This document shows, piece by piece, positions 28,737 to 39,022 of a stretch of DNA of 64,000 nucleotides (positions within the stretch are counted from its first letter, which is position 1; each line of letters begins with the position of its first letter). A model generated the notes under the pieces. The model saw nothing but the letters and a program-made list of their open reading frames with translations, had not been told where the DNA came from and did not search any database. The DNA is taken from the NCBI RefSeq assembly GCF_026991495.1, contig NZ_JALXBJ010000035.1, forward strand, positions 2,512 through 66,511, in the 5' to 3' direction. A program made the translations under genes and the position numbers. This DNA comes from Thermococcus sp. GTDB lineage: Archaea; Methanobacteriota_B; Thermococci; Thermococcales; Thermococcaceae.

Positions 28737-31385
28737 TCACTTCTTCCTTCTGAGGAGGAGTGGGAGTGCTGCGAGGCCTATTATTGCGGCCGGCCCGCAA
28801 ATGCCCTTCTTCTTCTTACTGCTACTGCTCGAGGGAGTGGTTGATGGGGTTGAACTACTGCTCGAACTGCTCGAAGGAGTACTGCTCGAAACCGTGCTCG
28901 AAGAACTCGAAGTTGAAGAAGTTGACGTAGTACTGCTAGACGAGGAAGTTGAAGTAGTGCTACTGCTTGAAGAGCTCGAACTGCTTGAGGATGAGGTGGT
29001 ACTGCTCGACGAGGAAGAGGTACTGCTACTCGAAGAGCTTGAGGAGCTTGAGCTGCCCGTGCTGGTGCCGCTTGGGTAGACAGACCTGGCCGCGAGGAAG
29101 CTTCCAAGGCCGCTGATCGGGTCGGGCATGCCTACTGTTATCTTCTTGTTGGTCAGGAAGAAGTTCCAGGTCTCGGCGGTGTAGACACGTGGTGAGTTGA
29201 GTATGTGGGTTCCGTAGGCGAGCTTGTAGAGGTCCCAGAACTGATTGAGGTTCTCTATGCTGACGGTGGTGTTGCCTGGTCCCTTCCAGCTGTTGTAGGC
29301 GAGAACCATTGCGAGGTCATAGCCAGTCCACTTGAGGAGCTTCGCAAGCTTGTCCGGGGTGTTGTAGTACTTGAGTTTGAGGGTGCTTATAAACTTGTTG
29401 AGGTCGCCGTTAGAGATGGTCTGGACGAGGTCGTTGACGGTCATCGGGTTGTGGTAGTTGGTGGCCCAGTTCGGGTCGACGTAGTAGTCGAAGAACCAGA
29501 AGTCCCACGCCATGCTCGCGACGGTCTGGACTCCGCTGACAACCCAGCCCTCAGTGTAGACGTGCCACTGGAGTGTGTGTGGATCATCACCGTAAACGAT
29601 TTTGTTGGCCTGGCTCCTCTGCCTCTGGAGGAGGTTGACCTGGAAGCCGGCCTTCTGGAGAACTCTGGCCAGGTACTGCCCTTCATCAAGCCTCCTGTCC
29701 TCCACACGGGCGATGAGGTTGATGGTAACGGGCTTACCGTCGTAGTTCCAGACGCCGTTCACCTTCTTCAGGGTGTGGCCCTTGGCCGCGAGGGCCTGGG
29801 CGGCGCTGTTCATGGCGTTGTCTATGAGCTTGATAGCGTACTGCTCGTCACCCTGCGGTGTGAAGCCGAGGGCGTTTGCAACCGTCATTATCCTCGTGTA
29901 CGCGTCGATCTGCCCGCTGACCTCTGGCCCGAACATCGGGGCGCCTCCACCCTGGAGGATCTGGCTGACGATGTACTGCCTGTTGATGAGCCAGTTCATG
30001 GCGTACCTCACGCCCCTGAGGGCCATCGGGTTGAACTTGATGGCTCCTGAGGAGTTGACGAGACCCGTTGTCGGGTCGCCGACGAGGTTGAGGTCAACTG
30101 ACCACCAGACGGCAATGGTCTTGAGCGGGTTGAGACTACTGCCGTACTGCTGCAGAACCTTCGCTATGTCGCTGTATGGTGTAGCGTACCAGTAGAAGTC
30201 GTACTCGCCCTTGGCAACCGCGAGGATCGCGGTGTCCTTGTTGAGGGTGCCGTAGAGGTCGATCTCCTTCCAGTACGGGTTCCACGGAAGGGGCTTGCCG
30301 TTGATCTTGTCGGTGGCGAAGCCTATCCTCTTGTTGTTGGCGAGCTTCATTATGACCTTCATTGCCTTCGGGTCGTAGCTGGCGACGTAGTACGGGCCGT
30401 CGCCGATGAGGACGTTCTTGTATTTGTCAACCCAGTTGATAATGCCCTGGTAGCCGGCCTTGGCGAGGTCGGTGGTTATTCCAGCCTGGGACTCACTTAC
30501 GCCCCACTTCTGGAGCCATTCTCCGAGGTTGCTGCTGAGCCAGACCGGAATCGGGTTGTTCATAAGCGCCTGGGCCTCCGCCTTGAAGTACTGGGCCTGC
30601 TCCGGGTCGATCATGTTAAGCTGGTAGCCGTTCTGCGGGGTGGTACTCCAGGAGAAGGCCTTACCGTTAACGCCTTTTGCGACCATCTCGCTCATAACGT
30701 TGTAGAGCTCCCACGGGAAGGACGGCTTCTCCATTAAGTTGCCGATGGCGGTGCTCCACATGTCGTAGGGGACGACGAAGTCCTGGTAGATGGTGTACTC
30801 AATGTAGTCGTTTGTGACCTTGTCCACCTTGAGGCCCATGACGAGCTGGAGGGTGCCCTGGTAGTTGTTGGCGTAGGTAGTGCTGTAGTACTTGTCGTTC
30901 TTGCCGTCCTGGTAGCTCCACTCCCAGGTCATGGCGTAGTCGAAGAGGTAGTCGGCGAGGGTTATCGGCTGGCCGTCGACCCAGGTTCCAAGGCCGCACT
31001 TCCAGGTGACGGCGCTCTTGGCGGTCTTGCCCGCATCGGGGGCTATCCACTTCTTCTGGGTTCCGTTCCAGATTATGGCATCGTCAGGAACCTGGACGTT
31101 GTACTTTATGCCAACGAGCTGGCAGCGGTAGTTGTGGTACTGGGCGTCGGGTCCCATTGTCACCGCTGGATCATTGAGGAAGTACCAAACGCGGAGGGTA
31201 TAAACGTCCGTCATCCCACTTGGTGACGGATTGAAGACACCCATGAAGAGGCTGCCCTGGGCGGCGAGCTGAACGATCTTAAGGGTGTTCCCAGGCACTT
31301 CTGCAGCACTGGCTGGCTTTGCAACAAAAAATACACTAAACAACATCAAGCCCATGACGAACAGGCTTAGGGCTTTCCGATTCAT
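28737..31385 (-). CDS. dppA: Peptide ABC transporter substrate-binding protein with Ser/Thr linker and CGP-CTERM-type anchor
   Basis: Signal peptide, family-5 SBP motifs (GDGPYY, VRYAMNWLINR), ~80-aa poly-S/T, KKKKGICGPAAIIGLAALPLLLRRKK. Confidence 0.9.
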   Translation of the reverse strand: MNRKALSLFVMGLMLFSVFFVAKPASAAEVPGNTLKIVQLAAQGSLFMGVFNPSPSGMTDVYTLRVWYFLNDPAVTMGPDAQYHNYRCQLVGIKYNVQVPDDAIIWNGTQKKWIAPDAGKTAKSAVTWKCGLGTWVDGQPITLADYLFDYAMTWEWSYQDGKNDKYYSTTYANNYQGTLQLVMGLKVDKVTNDYIEYTIYQDFVVPYDMWSTAIGNLMEKPSFPWELYNVMSEMVAKGVNGKAFSWSTTPQNGYQLNMIDPEQAQYFKAEAQALMNNPIPVWLSSNLGEWLQKWGVSESQAGITTDLAKAGYQGIINWVDKYKNVLIGDGPYYVASYDPKAMKVIMKLANNKRIGFATDKINGKPLPWNPYWKEIDLYGTLNKDTAILAVAKGEYDFYWYATPYSDIAKVLQQYGSSLNPLKTIAVWWSVDLNLVGDPTTGLVNSSGAIKFNPMALRGVRYAMNWLINRQYIVSQILQGGGAPMFGPEVSGQIDAYTRIMTVANALGFTPQGDEQYAIKLIDNAMNSAAQALAAKGHTLKKVNGVWNYDGKPVTINLIARVEDRRLDEGQYLARVLQKAGFQVNLLQRQRSQANKIVYGDDPHTLQWHVYTEGWVVSGVQTVASMAWDFWFFDYYVDPNWATNYHNPMTVNDLVQTISNGDLNKFISTLKLKYYNTPDKLAKLLKWTGYDLAMVLAYNSWKGPGNTTVSIENLNQFWDLYKLAYGTHILNSPRVYTAETWNFFLTNKKITVGMPDPISGLGSFLAARSVYPSGTSTGSSSSSSSSSSSTSSSSSSTTSSSSSSSSSSSSTTSTSSSSSTTSTSSTSSSSSTVSSSTPSSSSSSSSTPSTTPSSSSSKKKKGICGPAAIIGLAALPLLLRRKK
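28818..29069 (-). repeat. Low-complexity Ser/Thr-coding tract in dppA
   Basis: Imperfect AGCAGT/TCGAGC-type repeats encoding poly-Ser/Thr. Confidence 0.9.
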
Positions 31386-31536
31386 ACCTTACTGCCTCCT
31401 TCAGGTTTTGGCAACGTTGCCACATACACCGTATAATGGCATGAATCTATACACACGAGCCATATTTAAGGCTTACTATTTAAAACGCCAAGCAAAAGTC
31501 TTAAAATGAATCGATGTCAACACCGGGCGGGCACCC

Positions 31537-32781
31537 ATGCACGAGCTCGTGATTGAAGGGCGGTTTTTCTACTTTGGAAAGCTCATCAAGGGGGGCATTG
31601 CCGTTGATGAAAAGAAAATAAGCGCCATATCGACGGGTTCGCTTAAAGGGGAGAGAACCGTCAGGCTCAGAAGGAAGGAAATCCTTCTGCCGGGCCTCAT
31701 AGATACCCACGTCCACCTCAGGGACTTCGAAGAGCGGAAAAAAGAGACCGTGGAAAGCGGCACTATGGCGGCAGTTCACGGCGGCTTAACGGCAGTTTTC
31801 GACATGCCCAACACCAGGCCGCCGGTAGACGATGGGAAAACATTCAGGAAGAGGCTCCGCTCCTTCACCGGAAGGGCCTACTCGAACTACGCCCTCGGGT
31901 TTTTAGTAGCAGGCAACTGCAGCGAGGCCATGAAAGCTGGAGCGGATTTTTACAAAATCTTCATGGCACCATCAACGGGCGGTCTGTACTCGGAGAACTT
32001 TGAGGAGGACTACTCCTGCTCCCCTGGAGCGGTAAGCGTGCACGCCGAGGACGCCGACATCTTAAAGGCCGACCCAACGAGGCCGCCCGAGGCCGAGGTC
32101 AAGGCCGTTAGGAGGGCTTTAAACGCCGCCCGGAGGCTGAAAAAGCCAATTAACATCTGCCACATCTCAACCGGGGAGGCGCTGAGGGAGCTCGTGAACT
32201 CAAGATTACCACGGCTGAGCTTCGAGGTCACACCCCACCACCTCCTCCTTACGAAGAAAGACTACAGGAGAAACCCCATGCTCAAGGTCTACCCTCCCCT
32301 TCGGCCAGAGGCTGATAGAAGGGTCCTATGGAAAAACCTACCGAGGATACCTATAATAGCGAGCGACCACGCCCCGCACACGATCGAAGACAAGGCCGCT
32401 GGGGCCGCCGGCATACCGGGGCTTGAGACCGAGGTGGCACTGCTCCTGGACGCCGTCAACAGGGGCCTGATGGAACTTGGAGACATAGTTGAGAAGATGC
32501 ACTCAAACCCCGTGAGGTTCTTCGGGATAGCTGGGGTGGGTCTGAGACCAGGGGCGTGGGCGGACTTCACGGTCGTGGACATTGGGAGGGAGTGGGTTGT
32601 GAAGCCCGAGGACTTCTACTCAAAGGCCCGCTGGAGCCCATGGGAAGGCAGGAGGCTCAGGGGAAAGGTAAGTAGGACGGTCATCCGGGGGGAGGTCGTT
32701 ATGGAGGACGATGAGATCGTATCGAAAGCCGTGGGGGTGAGGCTCGATGTTGAGGGCGGTGGACATAAGGGAGACCTTTGA
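31537..32781 (+). CDS. pyrC: Dihydroorotase
   Basis: PGLIDTHVHLR, DMPNTRP, EVTPHHL, KVYPPLR, SDHAPH. Confidence 0.93.
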   Translation: MHELVIEGRFFYFGKLIKGGIAVDEKKISAISTGSLKGERTVRLRRKEILLPGLIDTHVHLRDFEERKKETVESGTMAAVHGGLTAVFDMPNTRPPVDDGKTFRKRLRSFTGRAYSNYALGFLVAGNCSEAMKAGADFYKIFMAPSTGGLYSENFEEDYSCSPGAVSVHAEDADILKADPTRPPEAEVKAVRRALNAARRLKKPINICHISTGEALRELVNSRLPRLSFEVTPHHLLLTKKDYRRNPMLKVYPPLRPEADRRVLWKNLPRIPIIASDHAPHTIEDKAAGAAGIPGLETEVALLLDAVNRGLMELGDIVEKMHSNPVRFFGIAGVGLRPGAWADFTVVDIGREWVVKPEDFYSKARWSPWEGRRLRGKVSRTVIRGEVVMEDDEIVSKAVGVRLDVEGGGHKGDL

Positions 32782-33460
32782 CGTCGCGGACAACGTCCGG
32801 GTCTTCAGACTAGCGGAGAGGCTCGATTTCACGCCGGGCCAGTTCCTGATGCTCTGGATTCCCGGGGTCGGTGAGAAGCCCTTCAGCTTAGCTGGGGAGG
32901 ACGCGCTTATGGTGAAGAGGAGGGGGCCCTTCACGTCGAGGCTTTTTGAGCTCGGGGAGGGCGACAGGGTATGGATTAGGGGGCCCTATGGGAAAGGCTT
33001 TAGGGCTAAAGGGAAGAGGGTGGCCCTCGTGGCCGGCGGCATCGGGATACCTCCACTCCGTGCGCTCGCCAGACTCTGGGGGAGGAAGTTCGAGGAGGTA
33101 ACGCTTATATACGGGGCGAGGAGGAGGGAAGAGCTGGCCCTGTGGGACATCGGGGACTACGTCGGAGAGGTGATACTCACGACGGAGGACGGCTCCGCCG
33201 GAAGGATGGGCTACCCCACCGACGTCCTCAGGGAGACGGCGGCCGACTTTGACCAGGTCTACACGTGCGGCCCCGAGGGGATGATAATCGAGGTTCTCAA
33301 GATAATGAGGTACAGAAACGTTCAGGCTTCCATGGAGCGCTATATGAAGTGCGGGATAGGCATCTGCGGGAGTTGCGCCCTCGGAAGGTACCTGGTCTGC
33401 CGAGACGGCCCGGTGTTCGATGGGAGGACACTGGAAGAGGTTTACAAACCCAACGTTTAA
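32747..33460 (+). CDS. pyrK: Dihydroorotate dehydrogenase electron-transfer subunit
   Basis: PGQFLM, KPFS, GPYGKGF, AGGIG, CGP, MERYMKCGIGICGSC..VCRDGPVF [2Fe-2S] motif. Confidence 0.92.
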   Translation: MLRAVDIRETFDVADNVRVFRLAERLDFTPGQFLMLWIPGVGEKPFSLAGEDALMVKRRGPFTSRLFELGEGDRVWIRGPYGKGFRAKGKRVALVAGGIGIPPLRALARLWGRKFEEVTLIYGARRREELALWDIGDYVGEVILTTEDGSAGRMGYPTDVLRETAADFDQVYTCGPEGMIIEVLKIMRYRNVQASMERYMKCGIGICGSCALGRYLVCRDGPVFDGRTLEEVYKPNV

Positions 33461-33496
33461 ATCGGGGAACGCGGAATAAAGATCCCGGGGAGAGCC

Positions 33497-34990
33497 ATGG
33501 GCGTCGGGGAGATAGTCGTGGAGAAGGAGGGTATCAGGGAAGACCTTCTGAAATGGAAGGTAAAGGAAGTCACAAAGCTCGCAGCATTGTATGACGATGC
33601 GTTCCATGTCGTTGTGGAGCTCTTGGAGGACAAGGACCCCCAGGTCAGGGCCAACGCACTTCAGGTCATAAAAGACCTAATAAAGGCCGGCAACCTGCCG
33701 CCGGAGAGGGTTGGCCAAGTCCTGAAAAGGGTTATAGAGCTGACCGGGGATGAGGAAAAGGTCGCGCTGAAGGCCATAGAGGTTCTGAACGAGCTCCTCG
33801 CGCGAGGCGAGCTGAGCGACGATGAGTACGAGATGGTAACGCAGGCCCTGATGGACGTCGTTAAGAGGGGCATGCCGATACTGAGCGAATATGCGGCGGA
33901 GGGACTTGGAAAGCTTGGCTCCGTTGCGGTTAAGATCGCGAGGAGGATCATAGGGTGGCTCTTCAACATTGTCCGCTCCTCAAAGGACAGGGAAGTCCAG
34001 AGTGCCGCGATAGCGACTCTAACGGAGATGGCTTATCAAACCGAGGACAGGGCCCTTTTCAACGAGATCGCCGACAAGATGGCCGATTTGATAGAACACC
34101 CGGACCCGTACATCAGGGAAAGGGCGCTTATGTCCATTGACAGGCTGCTCTCGAAGGCCCACCTCCTGACGAAGAGGAGCCGCATTAAAGTACTCAAAAA
34201 GAGCCAGAGCGTCTCCGGGGACGTTAAGCTCGCCGCTATGGCAAACCTCATCAGGGAGAAGCTGGAAAAGGTAGAGGAAACAGGGGAGGAAGTCATTACA
34301 AAGGAAGAACTGAAGAAAAAGCTTGAAATAAGCGAATACGGGCCAGAGGACGTTGAAAGACTTCTCGATGCAGGGAAGACGGAAGTTGTAGTAGAGCTCG
34401 CCAAGATAGACCAGGTGGTTCTTTCAAAGATCCTCGACATGCTCAGCTCAGAGGATCCGATGAGGAGGGCGGACGCCCTCTGGGTGGTGTCGAGGCTCAC
34501 GACCCACCTGACCCCCTCCGATGCCTACAGTGTTCTCCCGGCCTTAGGGGAGTTCCTGAAGAGCAACAATCCCTGGATGCAGAAAACAGCAGCTGAGACC
34601 ATGGCGGATATATACACACTCTACCCGGGGACATCCCAGTTCTTCACGTCCCTCTTGGACGTGCTCCTTAAGTCGAAGAAGAAGAGGGACGCGGAGGGGG
34701 CCCTTGAGCTTATAAGCTCCCTCTGGAAGCGCATGCCGACACCGGAGTTCTCAAAGGCGATAATGCTCGTGGTGAAAGACCTCTTGGAGGAGCCCTCAAC
34801 GAGGGGCGTAACCCTGAGGTACCTCGCGAGGGAGGCGGAGAGACTGCTTGAGATGGACGTCGAGACATTAAAGGGCCTTGAGGAAGTCCTTAAAGGAATC
34901 TACGGGGTGGAAGGCGGAAAGCACGACAACATAATCGCGGCCCTCATAGACGCGATATCAGGGATAATCCAGATGAAATCAACCGCCTGA
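33497..34990 (+). CDS. HEAT/ARM-repeat protein
   Basis: Repeated LL.D.DP.VR..AL units (DKDPQVRANAL, HPDPYIRERAL, SEDPMRRADAL, SNNPWMQKTAA). Confidence 0.8.
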   Translation: MGVGEIVVEKEGIREDLLKWKVKEVTKLAALYDDAFHVVVELLEDKDPQVRANALQVIKDLIKAGNLPPERVGQVLKRVIELTGDEEKVALKAIEVLNELLARGELSDDEYEMVTQALMDVVKRGMPILSEYAAEGLGKLGSVAVKIARRIIGWLFNIVRSSKDREVQSAAIATLTEMAYQTEDRALFNEIADKMADLIEHPDPYIRERALMSIDRLLSKAHLLTKRSRIKVLKKSQSVSGDVKLAAMANLIREKLEKVEETGEEVITKEELKKKLEISEYGPEDVERLLDAGKTEVVVELAKIDQVVLSKILDMLSSEDPMRRADALWVVSRLTTHLTPSDAYSVLPALGEFLKSNNPWMQKTAAETMADIYTLYPGTSQFFTSLLDVLLKSKKKRDAEGALELISSLWKRMPTPEFSKAIMLVVKDLLEEPSTRGVTLRYLAREAERLLEMDVETLKGLEEVLKGIYGVEGGKHDNIIAALIDAISGIIQMKSTA

Positions 34991-35053
34991 ACCTATGGTT
35001 GCCATACTTTGGTTCAAAAAAGGCCTTTAAACCCGCCATCTCATCATTAGACG

Positions 35054-35422
35054 GTGATGCGTGTGGATTCGGAAGGAGTTGAGGTCAAGCTTAGGGAGAT
35101 AGAGGAGCTCCTCGAAAAGCTCGGGAAGGAGCACCCAAAGGAGATAGCGGCCTTCTCAAGGTTCCTGCGCGAGACCCTCGACAACAAAGCGCTCACGACG
35201 AGGGAGAAGGAGCTCATTGCACTCGCCCTTGGGATAGCGGCGGGCTGTGAATGGTGCATCTACCTCCACACGAGGAAGGCCCTTGAGGCGGGCGCAAAGC
35301 CCCCGGAGCTCGTGGAGGCGGGCCTCGTCGCGGTCTTAATGGCCGGGGGACCGGCTCTGATGCATCTCATACCCCTCGTCAAGGCCATAAACGCCTTCGA
35401 GGAGGAGCACGGGGGGCTGTAG
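35054..35422 (+). CDS. Carboxymuconolactone decarboxylase / AhpD family protein
   Basis: LTTREKELIALALGIAAGCEWCIYLH CxxC motif. Confidence 0.88.
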   Translation: MMRVDSEGVEVKLREIEELLEKLGKEHPKEIAAFSRFLRETLDNKALTTREKELIALALGIAAGCEWCIYLHTRKALEAGAKPPELVEAGLVAVLMAGGPALMHLIPLVKAINAFEEEHGGL

Positions 35423-35424
35423 TT

Positions 35425-35760
35425 TCAGCCCTCCGTGAGCTTCAGTATGGCCTCTGCGAGGTCGCCTCCTGACTCCTCCAGGGCTTTTTTCGCAGTTTCC
35501 CTATCGACCCCTGCCTGCTCCATGACGAGCTCCACATCCTCCTCCGAGATCCTCAGGATGGGCTTAACTTCCTCCGAGCCCGGAACGATCTGATAGGTCT
35601 TCTCCCCCTGGACTGTCATTATTGTTACGGTAGGATCCCGAATTATCACTTCCCTGTCAGGGAGCCTGATTACCACCTCGCTCACGCCCTCAAGCTCCTC
35701 CATCTTTATGCCCATCTGACGCATGAGCTTCTTCATCTGCCTCGGGTTCATCCCCATCAT
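35425..35760 (-). CDS. nac: Nascent polypeptide-associated complex protein
   Basis: [15 protein letters not shown] and C-terminal UBA-like [22 protein letters not shown]. Confidence 0.95.
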   Translation of the reverse strand: MMGMNPRQMKKLMRQMGIKMEELEGVSEVVIRLPDREVIIRDPTVTIMTVQGEKTYQIVPGSEEVKPILRISEEDVELVMEQAGVDRETAKKALEESGGDLAEAILKLTEG

Positions 35761-35792
35761 CGCCTGCCACCGGAGGTGGTTCTCCTCAGGTT

Positions 35793-36950
35793 TTAAAAAT
35801 GTTGAGACCGTCCGCTTCTGAAGGCAGCTTTCAGGAGGGTGGGCGTGACGAGCGTGCTCAGGAATATCATCGTCACCACGACCAGGTAGGCGTCTGGGCC
35901 CACTATGCCCTCTTTGAGGGCTATCGCGAGCATTGCCAACTCAACTCCCATCCTCGGTATCATCCCGACGCCTATCCTGAGTGATGCCCCCCTCCCGAGA
36001 CCGCCCAAGAGGGCACCGAGGGAGCAGCCTATCACCTTGCTGAGGATAGCCACCAAACTGAAGAGCAGCGCGAAGACGCCCGCTGAGGAGAGGCCCCTGA
36101 GGGGGATGTTCATCCCCACGTCCACGAAGAAGAGCGGCACGAAGAGGGAATGGGCTATAACCCTCGTGTGGTCAAATATGGGCTTCCTGAACTCCGTCTC
36201 GCTGAGGGCAAGGCCGAAGAGGTAGGAGCCGAGGATGGAGGCGAGGTTCATGTGCTCCGCGAGGTAGGCGAAGGCAAAGAGGGCCGCCATCGAAAGCGTT
36301 ACCGTGGAGTCAGCGAAGCCGAGCCTCACGACCCGCCTGAGGAAGTAGTCCATGAGGGGGGGAACCGCGTAGACCATGACCGCGAGGAAAACCCCCACGA
36401 GGAGCAGGATGAGGGATACGCTGAGGATACTAACCCCTCCAGAGCCGAGGGAGGAGATGACTATAGTGAGCACGATTATGCCGAGGATATCGTCGACTAT
36501 GGCCGCCGTCAGTATGGTGTTCCCCTCAACGGTTTTGAGAGCGTCGAGCTCCATCAGCACCCTGACAGTTAGGCTGACGCTGGTTGGCGTCGTCAGGGCG
36601 CCGTAGAGGAGCGCCTCCTGGAAGCCCTTGAAGGGGTAGGCGATGCCGAAGCCCATCAGAAAAGCGACGAGAACTCCCACCCCGGCCACGGACACGCCCG
36701 CCTTACCCGCTTCCCTGAGCTCCTCAACGCTGCTCTCAAGGCCGGCCATGAAGAGGAGGAGGAGAACCCCTATCATGGAGATGTCCTTAACTTCTTCCGT
36801 GGGCGGCATCGCCAGGCCGAGGAGGATACCACCTACTATCTGACCTAAGACGACCGGCTGGTTTATCCTCGCGAACACCCAGCCGAAGACCTCCGCAACC
36901 GTAAGCATGGCGGCTATGTAAAGGATCAGCTCGGGCTCCACTGCCATCAC
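35793..36950 (-). CDS. Cation:proton antiporter (CPA2, NapA-like)
   Basis: [38 protein letters not shown]. Confidence 0.88.
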   Translation of the reverse strand: MMAVEPELILYIAAMLTVAEVFGWVFARINQPVVLGQIVGGILLGLAMPPTEEVKDISMIGVLLLLFMAGLESSVEELREAGKAGVSVAGVGVLVAFLMGFGIAYPFKGFQEALLYGALTTPTSVSLTVRVLMELDALKTVEGNTILTAAIVDDILGIIVLTIVISSLGSGGVSILSVSLILLLVGVFLAVMVYAVPPLMDYFLRRVVRLGFADSTVTLSMAALFAFAYLAEHMNLASILGSYLFGLALSETEFRKPIFDHTRVIAHSLFVPLFFVDVGMNIPLRGLSSAGVFALLFSLVAILSKVIGCSLGALLGGLGRGASLRIGVGMIPRMGVELAMLAIALKEGIVGPDAYLVVVTMIFLSTLVTPTLLKAAFRSGRSQHF

Positions 36951-37417
36951 CGCGCGAAGACCCTCAGGAGCCTTATGACGCTTTGGGCGGAGAAGGTTCC
37001 AACGACCTTCTTCCCCTCCACGACCGGGAACTGCCTCACGCCAGTTTCGAGCATCATCCCTAAGGCGTAGCCGAGGGGATCGTTGGGGGAGAGGGTTATC
37101 GGCTTCGGGTTCATTATCTCCCTCACAGGCCTGTTCCAGTCGAAGTGCGCTTCCTTGAGGGCGTCTATCCCGACGAGGACGTAATCCGTTGGCGGAACGA
37201 TGAGGTTTATTATCTCGTCCACGGATATGAAGCCGAGCAACCTTCCGGCCTCGTCAGCAACGACCGCACAGGTTCTGTGCTCAATTCCCTTTATCAGGTC
37301 TTCTATCCTGTCGTCCGGGGAGAGCTTGAGGAACTTCTCGTCCATCACAAGCCTCAGAGGCATCTTCGAGAGCTTGGCGATGTTGAGCTTGGGCTTCTCC
37401 TCCTCACCGGCGGGCAA
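36947..37417 (-). CDS. CBS-domain protein (tandem pair), coupled to the antiporter
   Basis: VADEAGRLLGFIS and IMNPKPITLSP..FPVVEG; 4-nt overlap. Confidence 0.85.
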   Translation of the reverse strand: MPAGEEEKPKLNIAKLSKMPLRLVMDEKFLKLSPDDRIEDLIKGIEHRTCAVVADEAGRLLGFISVDEIINLIVPPTDYVLVGIDALKEAHFDWNRPVREIMNPKPITLSPNDPLGYALGMMLETGVRQFPVVEGKKVVGTFSAQSVIRLLRVFAR

Positions 37418-37484
37418 GACACCACCTCCGTATAGTTAATTTCCTCGATGTTTAAAACCTTTTAAGGAGAGCACCAGATTTCCC

Positions 37485-37694
37485 ATGGGGTGGAAAATGC
37501 CGATCCCGGTACCGGCACCCGGGGGAGTCAGTACTCCAACCACTTGGCGCTTTCTTGAAGGGCTGGGAGCCCTCATAGCCCTGGCGCTGCTCCTGTGGGG
37601 CATCTCAAGTTACATAGGAAGGGAGGCCGAAAGAAAGGAGCGGGAGCTGGAGGAAGAGCTTAAAGAAGAGGAGGAAAGAGGGGGTTTATATTGA
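37485..37694 (+). CDS. Small single-TM hypothetical protein
   Basis: One hydrophobic helix followed by a charged tail; TTTAAA promoter upstream. Confidence 0.55.
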   Translation: MGWKMPIPVPAPGGVSTPTTWRFLEGLGALIALALLLWGISSYIGREAERKERELEEELKEEEERGGLY

Positions 37695-37735
37695 GGAATC
37701 AAAGTACCAAAAAATATATTTTCCAATAAACTGCC

Positions 37736-37987
37736 ATGACGGTTGAAGTTGCAAGACTCGACGATAACGGCAGGCTCTACCTCCCCGCCAGCATCAGAAA
37801 GAAGCTTCGCTCCAGGGAATTCTACATCGAGGAGAGAAACGGAGAGATAGTTCTCGTTCCAGTAAGGAAGAAGATAGAAAAGTACTGGGGCATCTTCAAG
37901 GGCGAGAACCTAACCGCCGAGGAGATGGACAGGATAGTTGAAGAAGAAACCGAAGAGCTCCTTTTTAAAGAGCCACAAGTGAAATAA
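37736..37987 (+). CDS. AbrB/SpoVT-fold antitoxin-like protein with no adjacent toxin
   Basis: RLDDNGRLYLPASIRKKL..EIVLVP. Confidence 0.75.
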   Translation: MTVEVARLDDNGRLYLPASIRKKLRSREFYIEERNGEIVLVPVRKKIEKYWGIFKGENLTAEEMDRIVEEETEELLFKEPQVK

Positions 37988-37993
37988 ATTAGC

Positions 37994-39022
37994 TCACTCC
38001 CCTTTCTCCTCGGGGAAGTTCGAGGTCTCCTCGTTAGACTTCATGATCCTCTGTCTGTACTCCTCGTACTTCTTCCTCGCCTCTTCTGCCTTCTCCTTCT
38101 CGCCGAGGTACTCGTAGGCCTCAGCAACGTGCTTCCACCACATCGGGTCTTCTTGAGCTTCCTTCAGGCAGTATTCGAGGAACTTCCCGTAAGCTTCCCT
38201 CGCGAGCTCTTCCATGCCGAGCTTACGAGCGATGTTGCCGACGTCCTCGTAAAACACGCCCTCCTCCTCGGCTTCCTTTTTGTAGTACTCTAACGCTTTC
38301 TCCCAGGCTTCTTTAGCTTTCTCCTCGTTTCCCAACTCTTCATAGAGCTTTGCAACGTCCTCCCAGAACCAGGGCTCCTCCTCGGCGTAGCGCTCAAGGG
38401 CTTTAGCTGCCTTCTCCATGTTTCCGGCTTTCTTCCAGTACTCGTGGGCCTCCTTGAGGTAGTAGGTGTCCTTCTCCTTCTCGTACAGTTGCTCGTAGAT
38501 TTCAGCAGCTTTCTCGTACTTCTCGGCCTTTTCGTAGGCCCATGCGGCGCTCTCCATCCAGCCGAGCTTCTCGTACATCTCAGCGGCCTTCATGTAGTTC
38601 CCGGCCTTCTCGTACTTTTTAGCAGCCTGTCTGTACTTGCCCATCCGCTCCAGCGTCTGGGCAGAGCGGAAGCGGTCAACGAGACCGAGGTCTGGCTCGC
38701 TGACGTACCAGACCCCAAAGGCAAGGAAGAGGACGAAAAACGCCACGATCGCCCAGACAACCCAGAGGTGCCGCCAGATTATCACGAGGTACGTGCCGTA
38801 GGCGCTTACTGCGCTCAGGACTGAGAGCATGGCCCCGTACTTCCAGCTCTCGGCGTAGAGAGTTAGAGCCGTGAAGAACAGAAGGCCGAGCGTCAGGGTT
38901 ATGAAACCTATCCCGAGGACGACCTGGAGAAGGAGCCTCCAGCCACCGTACCACACTATGCCGGCCGCTATGGCGAGCAGAACAATGATCAGACCGATGA
39001 TGTACGCCTTTAGTTTGTTCAT
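37994..39022 (-). CDS. Membrane protein with a cytoplasmic TPR/SNAP-like alpha-solenoid
   Basis: About four N-terminal TMs, then repeated KAA..YEK.G..E.A units. Confidence 0.75.
   Translation of the reverse strand: MNKLKAYIIGLIIVLLAIAAGIVWYGGWRLLLQVVLGIGFITLTLGLLFFTALTLYAESWKYGAMLSVLSAVSAYGTYLVIIWRHLWVVWAIVAFFVLFLAFGVWYVSEPDLGLVDRFRSAQTLERMGKYRQAAKKYEKAGNYMKAAEMYEKLGWMESAAWAYEKAEKYEKAAEIYEQLYEKEKDTYYLKEAHEYWKKAGNMEKAAKALERYAEEEPWFWEDVAKLYEELGNEEKAKEAWEKALEYYKKEAEEEGVFYEDVGNIARKLGMEELAREAYGKFLEYCLKEAQEDPMWWKHVAEAYEYLGEKEKAEEARKKYEEYRQRIMKSNEETSNFPEEKGE

Noticed and set aside
28672-29079. Plus-strand 135-aa Leu/Glu-repeat ORF
   Set aside because: Antisense shadow of the dppA poly-Ser tract
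35000-35050. AATGATGA box-C-like sequence on the minus strand
   Set aside because: No properly spaced D'/C'/D boxes; the region holds the TATA of the AhpD-family gene
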